Shown in pieces: positions 20,314 to 29,747 of a DNA stretch of 64,000 nucleotides; position 1 is the stretch's first letter; each line of letters starts with the position of its first letter. The translations under genes and the position numbers were made by a program. The stretch spans positions 1,440,001 to 1,504,000 of the forward strand of contig CAXXNF010000001.1 in NCBI GenBank assembly GCA_963666365.2. The letters are read 5' to 3'. A model generated the notes under the pieces. It saw only the letters and a program-made list of their open reading frames with translations. It ran no database searches and was not told the DNA's origin. Origin of the DNA: Syntrophales bacterium (GTDB lineage: Bacteria > Desulfobacterota > Syntrophia > Syntrophales > UBA2210).

Positions 20314-22227
20314 ATGAAAATGAAAAAACGATCGTTGGGTTTCAAGCTTACCGCCGGAGGGATCATCATTGTGTTAATTCCTCTTGTGGTCGTGGGGCTG
20401 TTTTCCCTCATGAAGGCATCAACCGCCCTGGAAAGCATCGCAAGGGAGCGAGCTGTCAATGTTGCCGGCGATATTGCCGGGATGGCGGATCTCGTGATGC
20501 GGGAGGAGATGAAGGTCGTTGCGCAGTTGTCCGTCAACGACGCCATAGTCGAGGCTGCCACGCACGTCACCGACCAGGGTATTGCAGCCTCGGCCCCGGA
20601 AATTAAAAGGGCCGCAAAGGAGTTGAAAAATGCAATGAATAAAATGGGCGGCGATTACGAGGACCTTTTTATTGCCGACACGCAAGGGATTATTTTTGCT
20701 GATGGGAAAGGGAGGCTGAGTGGACTCTCAGTAGCAGAGCGCGATTATATTCAGAACGCACGGCAGGGAAAGGCCGCCATCGGCAGGATAGTCCTTTCCA
20801 AGGTGAGCGGCAATCCCATAGTCCCGGTCAGTGCCCCGGTCTATTCCACTGATGGAAGGCTGGTGGGTGCGATAGCAACAATCATAACCGTTACCTTTTT
20901 ATCTGACAATGTGATGAACATTAAACTTGGGGAAACGGGCTATCCTTTTATAGTGGATAGTGCGGGGGTGTTTATTGCCCATCCCAAGAAAGAGTATGTC
21001 TTGAAGCTTAATCTCAAAGAACAGGACGGCATGAAGGACATTACGGAAAAAATGCTGGCCCATCAGACCGGCACCGCATCATATACATTCAAGGGTGTTG
21101 ATAAAATCGCCGCCTTCGCGCCGGTGTCGATAACGGGCTGGAGCGTCTGCGCCACGCAGGATGCGGCTGAATTTCTCGCATCAGCCCGTTCCATGCGTAA
21201 CTTTATTCTCATCATAGGGGCGGTGTTTCTGGCGTTGACAATATGCGCCGTACTGTTCTTCGCCCGCGGCATCACCGGACCCATCACGAATGCCGTCGCC
21301 ATGCTGAACGAGGCGGCCGATCAGGTGGCTTCGGCGTCGTCGCAGGTATCGTCGGCGAGCCAGTCTCTGGCGGAGGGTTCGGCCGAATCGGCCTCGGCCA
21401 TTGAAGAGACGTCATCGTCGCTGGAGGAGATGGCCTCCATGACGCGGCAGAATGCGGATAATGCGACTCAGGCGGACAGCCTGATGAAAGAAGGTAATCA
21501 GGTGGTGGTGCGGGCGGACCAGTCCATGACCCAGTTGACGGGGTCCATGGAAGAGATATCCGGCGCCAGTGAAGAGACGTCGAAGATCATCAAAACCATC
21601 GACGAGATTGCCTTTCAGACAAATCTGCTGGCCCTGAACGCCGCGGTAGAAGCGGCCCGTGCCGGAGAAGCGGGGGCGGGCTTCGCCGTGGTTGCGGAAG
21701 AGGTGCGGAACCTTGCTATGCGGGCGGCCGATGCGGCGAAGAACACGGCCGATCTGATCGAGGGATCGGTGAAGAAAATAAAAGAGGGTTCCGAGCTGGT
21801 GGCGAGGACCAACGAGGCCTTCAAGGAAGTGACGGTAAGCTCCACCAAGGTGGGAGAACTGGTAGGCGAGATCGCCGCGGCGTCGGCGGAACAGGCCCAG
21901 GGGATCGACCAGGTGAACAAGGCCATCGTGGAAATGGATAAAGTGACGCAGCAGAATGCCGCCAATGCGGAAGAAACGGCCTCGGCGTCGGAAGAGATGA
22001 GTGCTCAGGCGGCCCAGCTGAAGGATGTGGCGAGCCGGTTGTTGGAGACCGTAGGCGGCAATAACGGCTACAACGGTAATGGATCGCGGCGGGTCAAGGA
22101 GTTGGAAAAATCGAACGGGAAGGTGCCGACGCTGTCCGCAAGAGAGGCGGCCGGTCACTCTCAGTACAGGAAAGAGAATCCCAACCGCCTGATTCCATTG
22201 GAAGACGAAGATTTTCGCGACTTTTAA
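20314..22227 (+). CDS. Methyl-accepting chemotaxis protein with periplasmic Cache-type sensor
   Basis: Two TM helices, [38 protein letters not shown]-terminal DFRDF pentapeptide. Confidence 0.95.
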   Translation: MKMKKRSLGFKLTAGGIIIVLIPLVVVGLFSLMKASTALESIARERAVNVAGDIAGMADLVMREEMKVVAQLSVNDAIVEAATHVTDQGIAASAPEIKRAAKELKNAMNKMGGDYEDLFIADTQGIIFADGKGRLSGLSVAERDYIQNARQGKAAIGRIVLSKVSGNPIVPVSAPVYSTDGRLVGAIATIITVTFLSDNVMNIKLGETGYPFIVDSAGVFIAHPKKEYVLKLNLKEQDGMKDITEKMLAHQTGTASYTFKGVDKIAAFAPVSITGWSVCATQDAAEFLASARSMRNFILIIGAVFLALTICAVLFFARGITGPITNAVAMLNEAADQVASASSQVSSASQSLAEGSAESASAIEETSSSLEEMASMTRQNADNATQADSLMKEGNQVVVRADQSMTQLTGSMEEISGASEETSKIIKTIDEIAFQTNLLALNAAVEAARAGEAGAGFAVVAEEVRNLAMRAADAAKNTADLIEGSVKKIKEGSELVARTNEAFKEVTVSSTKVGELVGEIAAASAEQAQGIDQVNKAIVEMDKVTQQNAANAEETASASEEMSAQAAQLKDVASRLLETVGGNNGYNGNGSRRVKELEKSNGKVPTLSAREAAGHSQYRKENPNRLIPLEDEDFRDF

Positions 22228-22239
22228 TGACGCCCCCCT

Positions 22240-22273
22240 AAGCCCCCAACCCCGCAAGCGGGGTGGGGGCTTC
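22240..22273 (+). terminator. Hairpin terminator after the MCP gene
   Basis: aagcccccaaccccgc-aa-gcggggtgggggctt. Confidence 0.65.
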
Positions 22274-22361
22274 CTTCCTTCCGGTATATAAGAGCGCTCT
22301 TCTCAATTATGCCTTCCTGTATAAGGAAATAATTGCGGCGGTTGATGGAATATGCTAGAAA

Positions 22362-23120
22362 ATGGACATGCCTGCGCCTATTTTAGATCAGAATGAACTG
22401 AACAATGCCTGCCGAGTGCTTTTCGGGTTGGATATAGAGGCAACGCAGGATTTTTTTCAGTATTTACAGGAATCGGGATTAAAGACGGCATACCGCAAAA
22501 GGGTCCTGGAAACACATCCCGACCGGGCGAAAGCCCTGGGGCAGGATGAGGCCGTCATGAGCCGGCGCTTTCAGGATGTGGTGCATGCCTATGAGACGCT
22601 CAGTTCCGTGATTGCCAACGGCAGGAGCGTCATTATGCAACAGGCGGCCCGGCATGACAGGCAGGCAACGGCAACCAAAAGACCTTTCAGTGATTCCCCT
22701 GACCTGTATTATACTGCCGCGGTTCCTCAAAGAACATTGCTTCTCGGTCAATTCCTCTATTATTCCGGAGTAATTTCCTGGAACAGCCTTATTAAGGCTG
22801 TCGCCTGGCAGCGGATTCACCGTCCCCGCATGGGTCAAATCGCAGTGGAATGGGGAATGCTCTCGCTTCCTGACATTCGTGAAATTCTGGCATCCAAAAA
22901 TTCAGGGGAAAAATTTGGAGAATATGCGCTCCGAAAGGGTTTTCTCACTTCCTATGAGCGTATGGCCCTTTTGAGGCGACAGCGGCTGTTGCAACCCCGT
23001 ATTGGAGAATATTTCACGCGCATGGGCATGCTTGCGCCAGAGGAAATCGACCGCATGGCCGGGCGGATGAGAATGCACAACTGGAGCGTGAGCGGCACCT
23101 GGAAGCGCACTGTTCGGTAA
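22362..23120 (+). CDS. J-domain (DnaJ-like) protein
   Basis: LKTAYRKRVLETHPD...FQDVVHAYETL; C-terminal repeats of the LGQFL/GEYAL type. Confidence 0.8.
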   Translation: MDMPAPILDQNELNNACRVLFGLDIEATQDFFQYLQESGLKTAYRKRVLETHPDRAKALGQDEAVMSRRFQDVVHAYETLSSVIANGRSVIMQQAARHDRQATATKRPFSDSPDLYYTAAVPQRTLLLGQFLYYSGVISWNSLIKAVAWQRIHRPRMGQIAVEWGMLSLPDIREILASKNSGEKFGEYALRKGFLTSYERMALLRRQRLLQPRIGEYFTRMGMLAPEEIDRMAGRMRMHNWSVSGTWKRTVR

Positions 23121-23164
23121 CAGCCATCACAGGTAAAATCACTACTCTTTTCTATTCTTTCTGC

Positions 23165-23194
23165 TTGACACTGACTTGCCCCGACCGATAGACT
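23165..23194 (+). promoter_or_regulatory. Sigma-70-like promoter for ddh
   Basis: TTGACA-N18-TAGACT. Confidence 0.5.
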
Positions 23195-23228
23195 GACTGC
23201 CTACACACAATTTTAAGGACAGGTGACA

Positions 23229-24212
23229 ATGAGCGAAACAATCAGAATCGGAATCATCGGGTATGGAAACGTAGGAAAAGCGGTTGAACAGGCGATCGAA
23301 CAGAATCCGGACATGGCGCTTTTTGGAATATTTTCCAGAAGAGATCCGGCCGCAGTCATCTCTGCCGGCAAGGGACGCCTCTTTCACATTGAGGAGGCCA
23401 AGGCGCATGTCGATGATATCGATGTGGCCATTCTCTGCGGCGGGTCGGCAACGGACCTTCCCGCACAAGGTCCAGAATTTGCAAAGCTTTTCAACACCGT
23501 TGACAGTTATGACACCCACGCGCGAATCCCTGAATATTTTGCTGCGGTCGATCTTGCCGCAAAAACGACCGGGAAGACTGCCGTAATATCAACGGGCTGG
23601 GACCCAGGTCTTTTTTCACTTATGCGGGTTATTGAAGAGGCGGTGCTTCCCAACGGAAGGGCCTATACGTTCTGGGGACCCGGCGTCAGCCAGGGACACT
23701 CCGATGCGATCAGGCGGGTAGAGGGGGTCGCCGATGCCCGCCAGTACACCGTACCCATAGAAAGCGCCGTGGAGCGCGTCCGCGCGGGAGAGGCGCCCGA
23801 GCTTACAACCCGTGAAAAGCACCTGAGAGACTGCTATGTGGTAGCACGTGAAGGCGCCAATCTCGAAAAAATCGAAGAGACCATAAAATCGATGCCCTAC
23901 TATTTTGACGAATACGATACAAAGATTACTTTCATCAGTGCTGAAGAGATGGCGGCGAATCATTCCGCCATGCCCCATGGGGGATTTGTGATGCGCACAG
24001 GCAAGACCGGCGATGACGCACGGCAGGGCATCGAATTTGCACTGAAACTGGGGAGTAATCCGGGCTTTACGGCGGCCGTTTTGATTGCCTATGCCCGTGC
24101 GGCCTACCGCCTGAACCGTGAAGGACGGGTGGGTGCGCACACGGTCTTCGATATCGCGCCGGGATACCTGAGTCTGCGCTCTGCCGAAGAACTCAGGGCA
24201 GGACAGCTGTAG
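23229..24212 (+). CDS. ddh: meso-Diaminopimelate dehydrogenase
   Basis: GYGNVG, CGGSATDLP, DSYDTHA, GWDPGLFS, TFWGPGVSQGHSDA, PHGG. Confidence 0.95.
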   Translation: MSETIRIGIIGYGNVGKAVEQAIEQNPDMALFGIFSRRDPAAVISAGKGRLFHIEEAKAHVDDIDVAILCGGSATDLPAQGPEFAKLFNTVDSYDTHARIPEYFAAVDLAAKTTGKTAVISTGWDPGLFSLMRVIEEAVLPNGRAYTFWGPGVSQGHSDAIRRVEGVADARQYTVPIESAVERVRAGEAPELTTREKHLRDCYVVAREGANLEKIEETIKSMPYYFDEYDTKITFISAEEMAANHSAMPHGGFVMRTGKTGDDARQGIEFALKLGSNPGFTAAVLIAYARAAYRLNREGRVGAHTVFDIAPGYLSLRSAEELRAGQL

Positions 24213-24342
24213 TCGGACGCCACTGAGAACACAGGGGCTGTCCTTGATATATGCAGTGAGATCTTCATCCGCCCCCGCCCTGTAATGGGGGATACACTTC
24301 AATGGCGGACCTGCGCCGCCTTGAGGGTCAGGGGGTGTGCAT

Positions 24343-25053
24343 GTGAGCAAAAGAGCCGAAGAGAAATATGTCAGAGGAATCAAGTACTGGCCCGTATCTG
24401 AGCGGCCAAGGGAGGTTCTTCTTGAAAAAGGGCCGGAATTTGTGTCTGACGCCGGACTCCTGGCAATTATTTTACGAACCGGCGTCAAAGGGAAGGATGC
24501 CGTATCGCTGGGACGGGAACTGATTGAAAGGTTCGGCGGCCTTCGGGGAATCCTGAGAGCCGACAGAGCCGAACTTCAAAAAATCAGAGGCCTGGGTGCG
24601 GCAAAGATTGCCCAGTTGATGGCGGCTATCGAAATAGTCAGGAGACAGCTCAAGGAAGACATTCTCGATCGCGCGGTGATAAAGGGGCCGGGAGACGTGG
24701 CGGATTATCTGTCGCTTACCATGGCGGACCGGAAGGAAGAGGTCTTTCGCGTCCTGTACCTCAACAGCGCCCATATGGTCCTCACGATCGAGGATGTCTG
24801 CAAGGGCACTATCGATCAGTCGGCCGTCTATCCCCGCGAGGTGATCAAGGGGGCCTTCGATGTGGGGGCGTCGGCCCTTATTTTTGTGCACAATCACCCC
24901 TCCGGCAATCTGGAACCGAGTGAACAGGATCTATTGCTGACGCGAAAATTGGTCGAAGCCTGCCGTGCCGTGGACCTGAAACCGCTGGACCATGTCATTG
25001 TCGGCGCTGCAGGCTATACATCGTTTAAAGAACGGGGGTTGTTGTCTTTTTAA
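24343..25053 (+). CDS. radC: RadC/JAB-domain protein
   Basis: ERPRE, HhH (GLGAAK), YPREV, HNHPSGNLEPSEQD, LDHVIVG. Confidence 0.93.
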   Translation: MSKRAEEKYVRGIKYWPVSERPREVLLEKGPEFVSDAGLLAIILRTGVKGKDAVSLGRELIERFGGLRGILRADRAELQKIRGLGAAKIAQLMAAIEIVRRQLKEDILDRAVIKGPGDVADYLSLTMADRKEEVFRVLYLNSAHMVLTIEDVCKGTIDQSAVYPREVIKGAFDVGASALIFVHNHPSGNLEPSEQDLLLTRKLVEACRAVDLKPLDHVIVGAAGYTSFKERGLLSF

Positions 25054-25072
25054 CGAGGTGGACAGCGTTGTC

Positions 25073-26572
25073 ATGAAAATAAAGGCGCCCTGTGCCAATG
25101 TCGCGGCCCTTCTCGCGGGGCTGCTCTGTGCTCAGATCATTGCGACGATCCAGGTCCGCTGCTCGAACACCCTCCTCTATCGCTCTCTTGAAGTCCTGAG
25201 GGATGAGGGATATCTCATCGTGCCCAACGAGACCGTTATGGTCGGACTGAAGGGCATGGGTCCGTCCTTTGTAGGCGGGCTCTTTTTTACGCTTACCCTC
25301 GGTGCGGGACTTGCCTGTGCCGGATTGGCCTGCGCCTGGCTCTGGGATCGACTCTGCGCTCGTCGCACTGTCGCGCTGGCGCCGATATTCCTTCTCTGGT
25401 GCCTGGGCGTTGTCTTCGTGAACCGGGAGGGATGGTCGCTCTTCGGGACGCTCTATTTCGGCCTGGTTCCTCCCGCAGTCTTTCTGACCGCGCGGTGGAT
25501 CATGCCGCGGGGTGCCCGAGGGAGATTTTCTCTGACGGAGCTGATTCCTCTTCTCCCGCTTGTTATTTTAGCGGTACTGTGGGCGCCGCGCATGGAGGCG
25601 AGAACTTTTTCCGACATCAGGGATAATCTGCTTCTCAACTCGTCGACCGGCATTGCAATCGCCGAGGGTTATTACCGCTATACCCTCTACCCCGCCCAGG
25701 CCTTCAAGTCTCTGGATCAACGACTGTTGAAGACCTGCCGTCTTGAAGGCTTTGACATCCCCTCGATAAAAAAAACAGTTGCAGGGAGGCTCCTGCACTA
25801 TGACTATCTTCCGGTGACGGATAATGTGCACTCAGTCGATTGCGTTGTCTCCGGCAATGCAGCGGGGACGGTGACATTTTCACATAAAGGGCGGACAGTG
25901 CTTGCGCGACCGCTGGGGAAGTTCCTGGCCTTTCCCGGAGATGCGCTGAAGGAATACTCCCGTCGTCTCGATCGCTGCCGGTTCCTTCGCGCCGCCACCT
26001 TCGGGTCTCTTCTCTCGGCCAGCCCGCTGTTGCTCTACATCCTTATCTATGCCGGCCTGTATGCCCTTTGTATGGTCCGGCTGAGGGCGCTCCCCTCGTC
26101 GATCATTGCTTCAGGCCTCTGCCTGGCCGTTGGGGTTGTGTTTCTGGGGTTGTCGCTGGTTCAGGGCAGTGCTGCACCGGAGGATATGAGAGTGGCCCTC
26201 ACATCACCCCTGGTGAAGGAACGGATCAGCGCATTGCGGGTAATCGAAGGGCGAAACGCCGTGATTGACGAATATCAAAAGGCTGGCAATCCGGCAGGAA
26301 GCTCCCCTGTAGCCGAGCGCTACTGGCTGGCGCGCGCCCTTGCATCAAGTGGCTCATCCGAAACCTGCCGAATGCTCTATTCATTTCTTGACGACCCGAA
26401 TCCGATGGTCCGCTACGTTGCCTTCAACAGTCTCGGGAAGAGGGGAGGCTCCGATGCCGTAGGGGAGATAGCACGACGCATTCCCCATTTAGAGGACTGG
26501 TACAGCCAGCTTTATGCCTACAAGGCATTACGGAAACTGGGATGGACGCAAAAATATCCTCATATACGCTGA
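25073..26572 (+). CDS. Polytopic membrane protein with C-terminal HEAT-like repeats
   Basis: Multiple TM segments; RYWLARALA, LDDPNPMVRYVAFNSLG. Confidence 0.65.
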   Translation: MKIKAPCANVAALLAGLLCAQIIATIQVRCSNTLLYRSLEVLRDEGYLIVPNETVMVGLKGMGPSFVGGLFFTLTLGAGLACAGLACAWLWDRLCARRTVALAPIFLLWCLGVVFVNREGWSLFGTLYFGLVPPAVFLTARWIMPRGARGRFSLTELIPLLPLVILAVLWAPRMEARTFSDIRDNLLLNSSTGIAIAEGYYRYTLYPAQAFKSLDQRLLKTCRLEGFDIPSIKKTVAGRLLHYDYLPVTDNVHSVDCVVSGNAAGTVTFSHKGRTVLARPLGKFLAFPGDALKEYSRRLDRCRFLRAATFGSLLSASPLLLYILIYAGLYALCMVRLRALPSSIIASGLCLAVGVVFLGLSLVQGSAAPEDMRVALTSPLVKERISALRVIEGRNAVIDEYQKAGNPAGSSPVAERYWLARALASSGSSETCRMLYSFLDDPNPMVRYVAFNSLGKRGGSDAVGEIARRIPHLEDWYSQLYAYKALRKLGWTQKYPHIR

Positions 26573-27192
26573 TGCTGGCATGCGCGACCGTCGTTGCCAT
26601 CGAGGGGACGGCTGTTATGGCACTTTCAAGGAGCGCCATTCCGCCCCTGATGGTCACGGGCATTGCCCGCATAGCCGATATGATCGCGCTCCTTTTGATA
26701 CTTGCAAAGGCACAGGAGGGGTGCGAAAGAATCGGGCTTGCTGCCGGGCAGCGGTGGAAAGGGCTGCAGCGGGGCATGGTCTGGTCCTGTGGTTTTGCCG
26801 GCGTCGCCGCGCTGACATTTGGGAGCGTCTTTCTTGCGGGATACAACCCCCTGCTGCTCTTCCATGTAACCATGCCCGTCGATACCCGGAGCATTCTTAT
26901 GGTTTTTTTAGTGGGTGGACTGGCGGCGCCCGTTGCGGAAGAGCTGTTTTTCCGGGGCGTCATTTTCGGGTTTTTCAGGCGGTGGGGATTTCCGGCTGCC
27001 CTTGTGCTCAGCACAGGGCTCTTTGTCTGCATGCATCCGCAGGCGTTTTCCTTTCCCATTACCCGGATTGTGGGAGGAATCGTCTTTGCCGCCGCCTACG
27101 AGCGGGAAAAGAATCTGCTGGTTCCCATTATCATTCATGGACTGGGAAACATGGCCCTCTTCTCCCTTTCATTGATATCCCGTCTTTTCTAA
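26542..27192 (+). CDS. CPBP (CAAX protease/Abi) family intramembrane metalloprotease
   Basis: APVAEELFFRG, FVCMH, IIIHGLGN motifs. Confidence 0.88.
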   Translation: MDAKISSYTLMLACATVVAIEGTAVMALSRSAIPPLMVTGIARIADMIALLLILAKAQEGCERIGLAAGQRWKGLQRGMVWSCGFAGVAALTFGSVFLAGYNPLLLFHVTMPVDTRSILMVFLVGGLAAPVAEELFFRGVIFGFFRRWGFPAALVLSTGLFVCMHPQAFSFPITRIVGGIVFAAAYEREKNLLVPIIIHGLGNMALFSLSLISRLF

Positions 27193-27212
27193 TCTCAGCC
27201 CAGACAGATTTC

Positions 27213-27243
27213 CCCCGTGAAATGCGAAGCCTATTTCACCGGG
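27213..27243 (+). repeat. REP-like palindrome copy 1 (CCCCGTGAAATGCGAAGCCTATTTCACCGGGG family)
   Basis: Near-identical copies at 35162, 38090, 47365, 62121. Confidence 0.9.
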
Positions 27244-27264
27244 ACCAGACAGACCAGTTCTTCC

Positions 27265-27294
27265 TTGACACAGGGGGACCGTCGTGTATATGGT
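27265..27294 (+). promoter_or_regulatory. Sigma-70-like promoter of the cobamide operon
   Basis: TTGACA-N18-TATGGT just upstream of riboswitch 1. Confidence 0.5.
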
Positions 27295-27333
27295 TACTGC
27301 ATTGCTATGTTCTTGCAGACGAATCAGCATGCC

Positions 27334-27496
27334 GCTGGATATGTGGAAGAGGGGTGAAAAGCCCCCGCTGCCCCGCAGCCGTAAAGGGAACGAAAACCCA
27401 TGATGTCACTGTTGCGCTTGTGCGCAATGGGAAGACGGGTGAGTAGGTCGCCCTGAGCCGGAAGACCGATCCATTGGAAATTCCTCGAGGGAGGGT
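27334..27496 (+). ncRNA. Cobalamin riboswitch 1
   Basis: GGAA-GAGGGGTGAAAAGCCCCC-GCTGCCCCGCAGCCGTAA...GTCACTG...GGGAAG...GAGCCGGAAGACC (B12 box), upstream of btuC. Confidence 0.85.
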
Positions 27497-27636
27497 ATCA
27501 TGAGAAAGATCCTACCATTTCCCGGCCAAAGGCTTGTGTGGCCCATTCCCCCATATTCAGTGACCACTATTGAAAGAGGACCGGCCGGTTTCATCAGCCG
27601 CGTCTGCGTCGCTTGATCTCTAAGGGTGTATGATTA

Positions 27637-28662
27637 ATGAGAAAAAAGCCGGTGACACTGCCTCTTGTGATCAAATATTCACTTATTCTTATGGCGGTCT
27701 TTGTATGCGTCGCCTTTCTGTCACTGCTTGTGGGTCCCGCTCATATCGAGGGGATCAGAACGGTGAAAGCCCTCGTGACGGGATGGCGCGACGGCGCAGC
27801 GGCGCTGACACCCGCCGAAAAGACCATTGTCTTTTCCATTCGGTTGCCTCGAGTGATTTTTGCGGGATTCGTAGGGGCGGCGCTTTCCACCGCCGGTGTT
27901 GTGTTTCAGGCCCTGCTTCGGAACCCTCTGGCGGAACCATATATTCTCGGCATTTCCGGCGGGGCGGCCGTAGGCGCCATTTGCGCGATCAGCCTGGGAT
28001 GGCAGGCCTTTGCCTTTGCGGTCCCGGGACTGGCCTTTCTGGGCGCCCTTCTGACAATTCTCCTGGTCTTTGCCGTCGGCCGGTCAGGGGGTGAAGCGGG
28101 CGCCACATCGCTTCTTCTGGCAGGGGTTATTGTGAACGCCTTTTTTTCCGCGATTATTATGTTCCTCATTTCGATAAGCAGGGGCGCCGATCTCCACAAC
28201 ATCACCTTTTGGCTTATGGGGGATCTGGGACTGGCGCGGGGCATAAAGATTGTATTCCCCGGTATATGCGCCCTTGTGGGAGCGGCGGCAGTCTATTCCC
28301 ATGCCCGATCGCTCAACCTTATCGTTGCCGGCGAGGAGACGGCGCTTCAACTGGGGGTTGACGTTGAAAGGACGAAAATAGTGCTGCTCACGGCGGCATC
28401 GGCCATGACCGCCGTTGCCGTAGCGTTCAGCGGCATCATAGGATTCGTCGGGCTCATTATCCCGCATATCATGAGAATGCTTCTGGGCCCCGATCACAGG
28501 CTGCTGCTTCCGGCCGCCTTTCTGGGGGGGGCGTCTTTTCTGGCGGCGGCCGATACACTTGCACGGACGGCCGTTCCTTCTGCGGAACTTCCCGTCGGTG
28601 TGATCACGGCCTTCTGCGGCGCCCCCTATTTTATCTATCTGCTGAAAAGGAGATCACTCTAA
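27637..28662 (+). CDS. btuC: Cobalamin/iron-chelate ABC permease (BtuC/FecCD)
   Basis: IRLPR, RNPLAEPYILGISGGA, GIIGFVGLIIPH, ELPVGVITA; riboswitch context. Confidence 0.88.
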   Translation: MRKKPVTLPLVIKYSLILMAVFVCVAFLSLLVGPAHIEGIRTVKALVTGWRDGAAALTPAEKTIVFSIRLPRVIFAGFVGAALSTAGVVFQALLRNPLAEPYILGISGGAAVGAICAISLGWQAFAFAVPGLAFLGALLTILLVFAVGRSGGEAGATSLLLAGVIVNAFFSAIIMFLISISRGADLHNITFWLMGDLGLARGIKIVFPGICALVGAAAVYSHARSLNLIVAGEETALQLGVDVERTKIVLLTAASAMTAVAVAFSGIIGFVGLIIPHIMRMLLGPDHRLLLPAAFLGGASFLAAADTLARTAVPSAELPVGVITAFCGAPYFIYLLKRRSL

Positions 28663-28665
28663 GGC

Positions 28666-29457
28666 ATGCCGGCAATCGAAGCAAGGGACGTTCATTTCGA
28701 ATATGCTGAAATCCCTGTACTGAAAGGGCTTTCCTTTACCGGCGTCAGGGGTGAAATATTGGGCGTCATAGGACCCAACGGAGCCGGTAAAACCACGCTT
28801 CTCAGGATTATAGACGGTATTTGCGTTCCCTCTCGCGGAACGGTGCTGCTTGACGGGATCGATATGACCGCAATGACGAGAAGAGAGATTGCCAAAACCA
28901 TTGCCGTTGTTCCTCAGAACAGCCCCATGGTATTTTCCTTCACGGTGGAAGAAACGGTGATGATGGGACGGGCGCCTCATCTGGGCCGGCTTCGGTTCGA
29001 GGGGAAAGAGGATACGGCCATTGTCCGCAGGGCCATGGAACGGACGGGGATCTCGCAATTGGCCGGCCGGAGCATAGACGAATTGAGCGGAGGAGAGAGG
29101 CAGCGGGTCTTTATTTCCCGGGCCCTCGCACAGGAGCCCCGGATCATGCTTCTCGATGAATCGGCGGCCTTTCTCGATATAAAACACCAGGTATCCTTTT
29201 TCGAACTGCTGCGTATGCTGAACAGAGCGGAAGGCCTCACGGTGATGGTCGTGACCCACGATATCAATATGGCATCGCGCTACTGCGACCGGGTGATGCT
29301 CCTGAAGGACGGGCGGATTCATGTCATCGGAACGCCCCTTCAGGTGATTACAAAGGAACATATAGAGGAGGTCTATGAAACGGAGGTCCTGATCGATGCT
29401 CACCCACTCGAGGGTCTTCCGAGAATGACTTTGGTATCAAGGCGTCTTTCGGACTGA
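28666..29457 (+). CDS. btuD: Cobalamin/iron-chelate ABC ATPase (BtuD-like)
   Basis: GPNGAGKTT, LSGGERQR, LLDE, THDIN. Confidence 0.85.
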   Translation: MPAIEARDVHFEYAEIPVLKGLSFTGVRGEILGVIGPNGAGKTTLLRIIDGICVPSRGTVLLDGIDMTAMTRREIAKTIAVVPQNSPMVFSFTVEETVMMGRAPHLGRLRFEGKEDTAIVRRAMERTGISQLAGRSIDELSGGERQRVFISRALAQEPRIMLLDESAAFLDIKHQVSFFELLRMLNRAEGLTVMVVTHDINMASRYCDRVMLLKDGRIHVIGTPLQVITKEHIEEVYETEVLIDAHPLEGLPRMTLVSRRLSD

Positions 29458-29640
29458 GGAAGCCGGTCGAAATCCGGCGCTGCCCCGCAACTGTTGGCGG
29501 AACGAACCCCACATAGAAGTCACTTTCTCGACATATTCGAGAGGGGAAGGCGTGGGAAGTAGGTGAGAGGTAAGCCGCAAGCCAGGAGACTTGTCCGAAA
29601 GGCAGAAATCAACATTTCCGACCGAGGGGAAAGGAGGTTG
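29445..29640 (+). ncRNA. Cobalamin riboswitch 2 (operon-internal, overlaps the btuD stop codon)
   Basis: ctttcggac/gtccgaaag closing stem; GGAAGCCGGTCGAAATCCGGCGCTGCCCCGCAACTGT...GTCACT...GGGAAGG...AGCCAGGAGAC. Confidence 0.88.
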
Positions 29641-29747
29641 TGATGAAGAAACGATTCCCTGCGATTCCTCCCTGATGAGGCTGCCGTTGGTACCTGTAAT
29701 ATATTCCGACGACAATTTAAATACTTATGAGGAGGAAGAGAAAAAAG

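Noticed and set aside
24343..25053. radC as a marker of a mobile or defence element
   Set aside because: Full-length chromosomal-type RadC with HhH region among housekeeping genes; no mobility genes nearby
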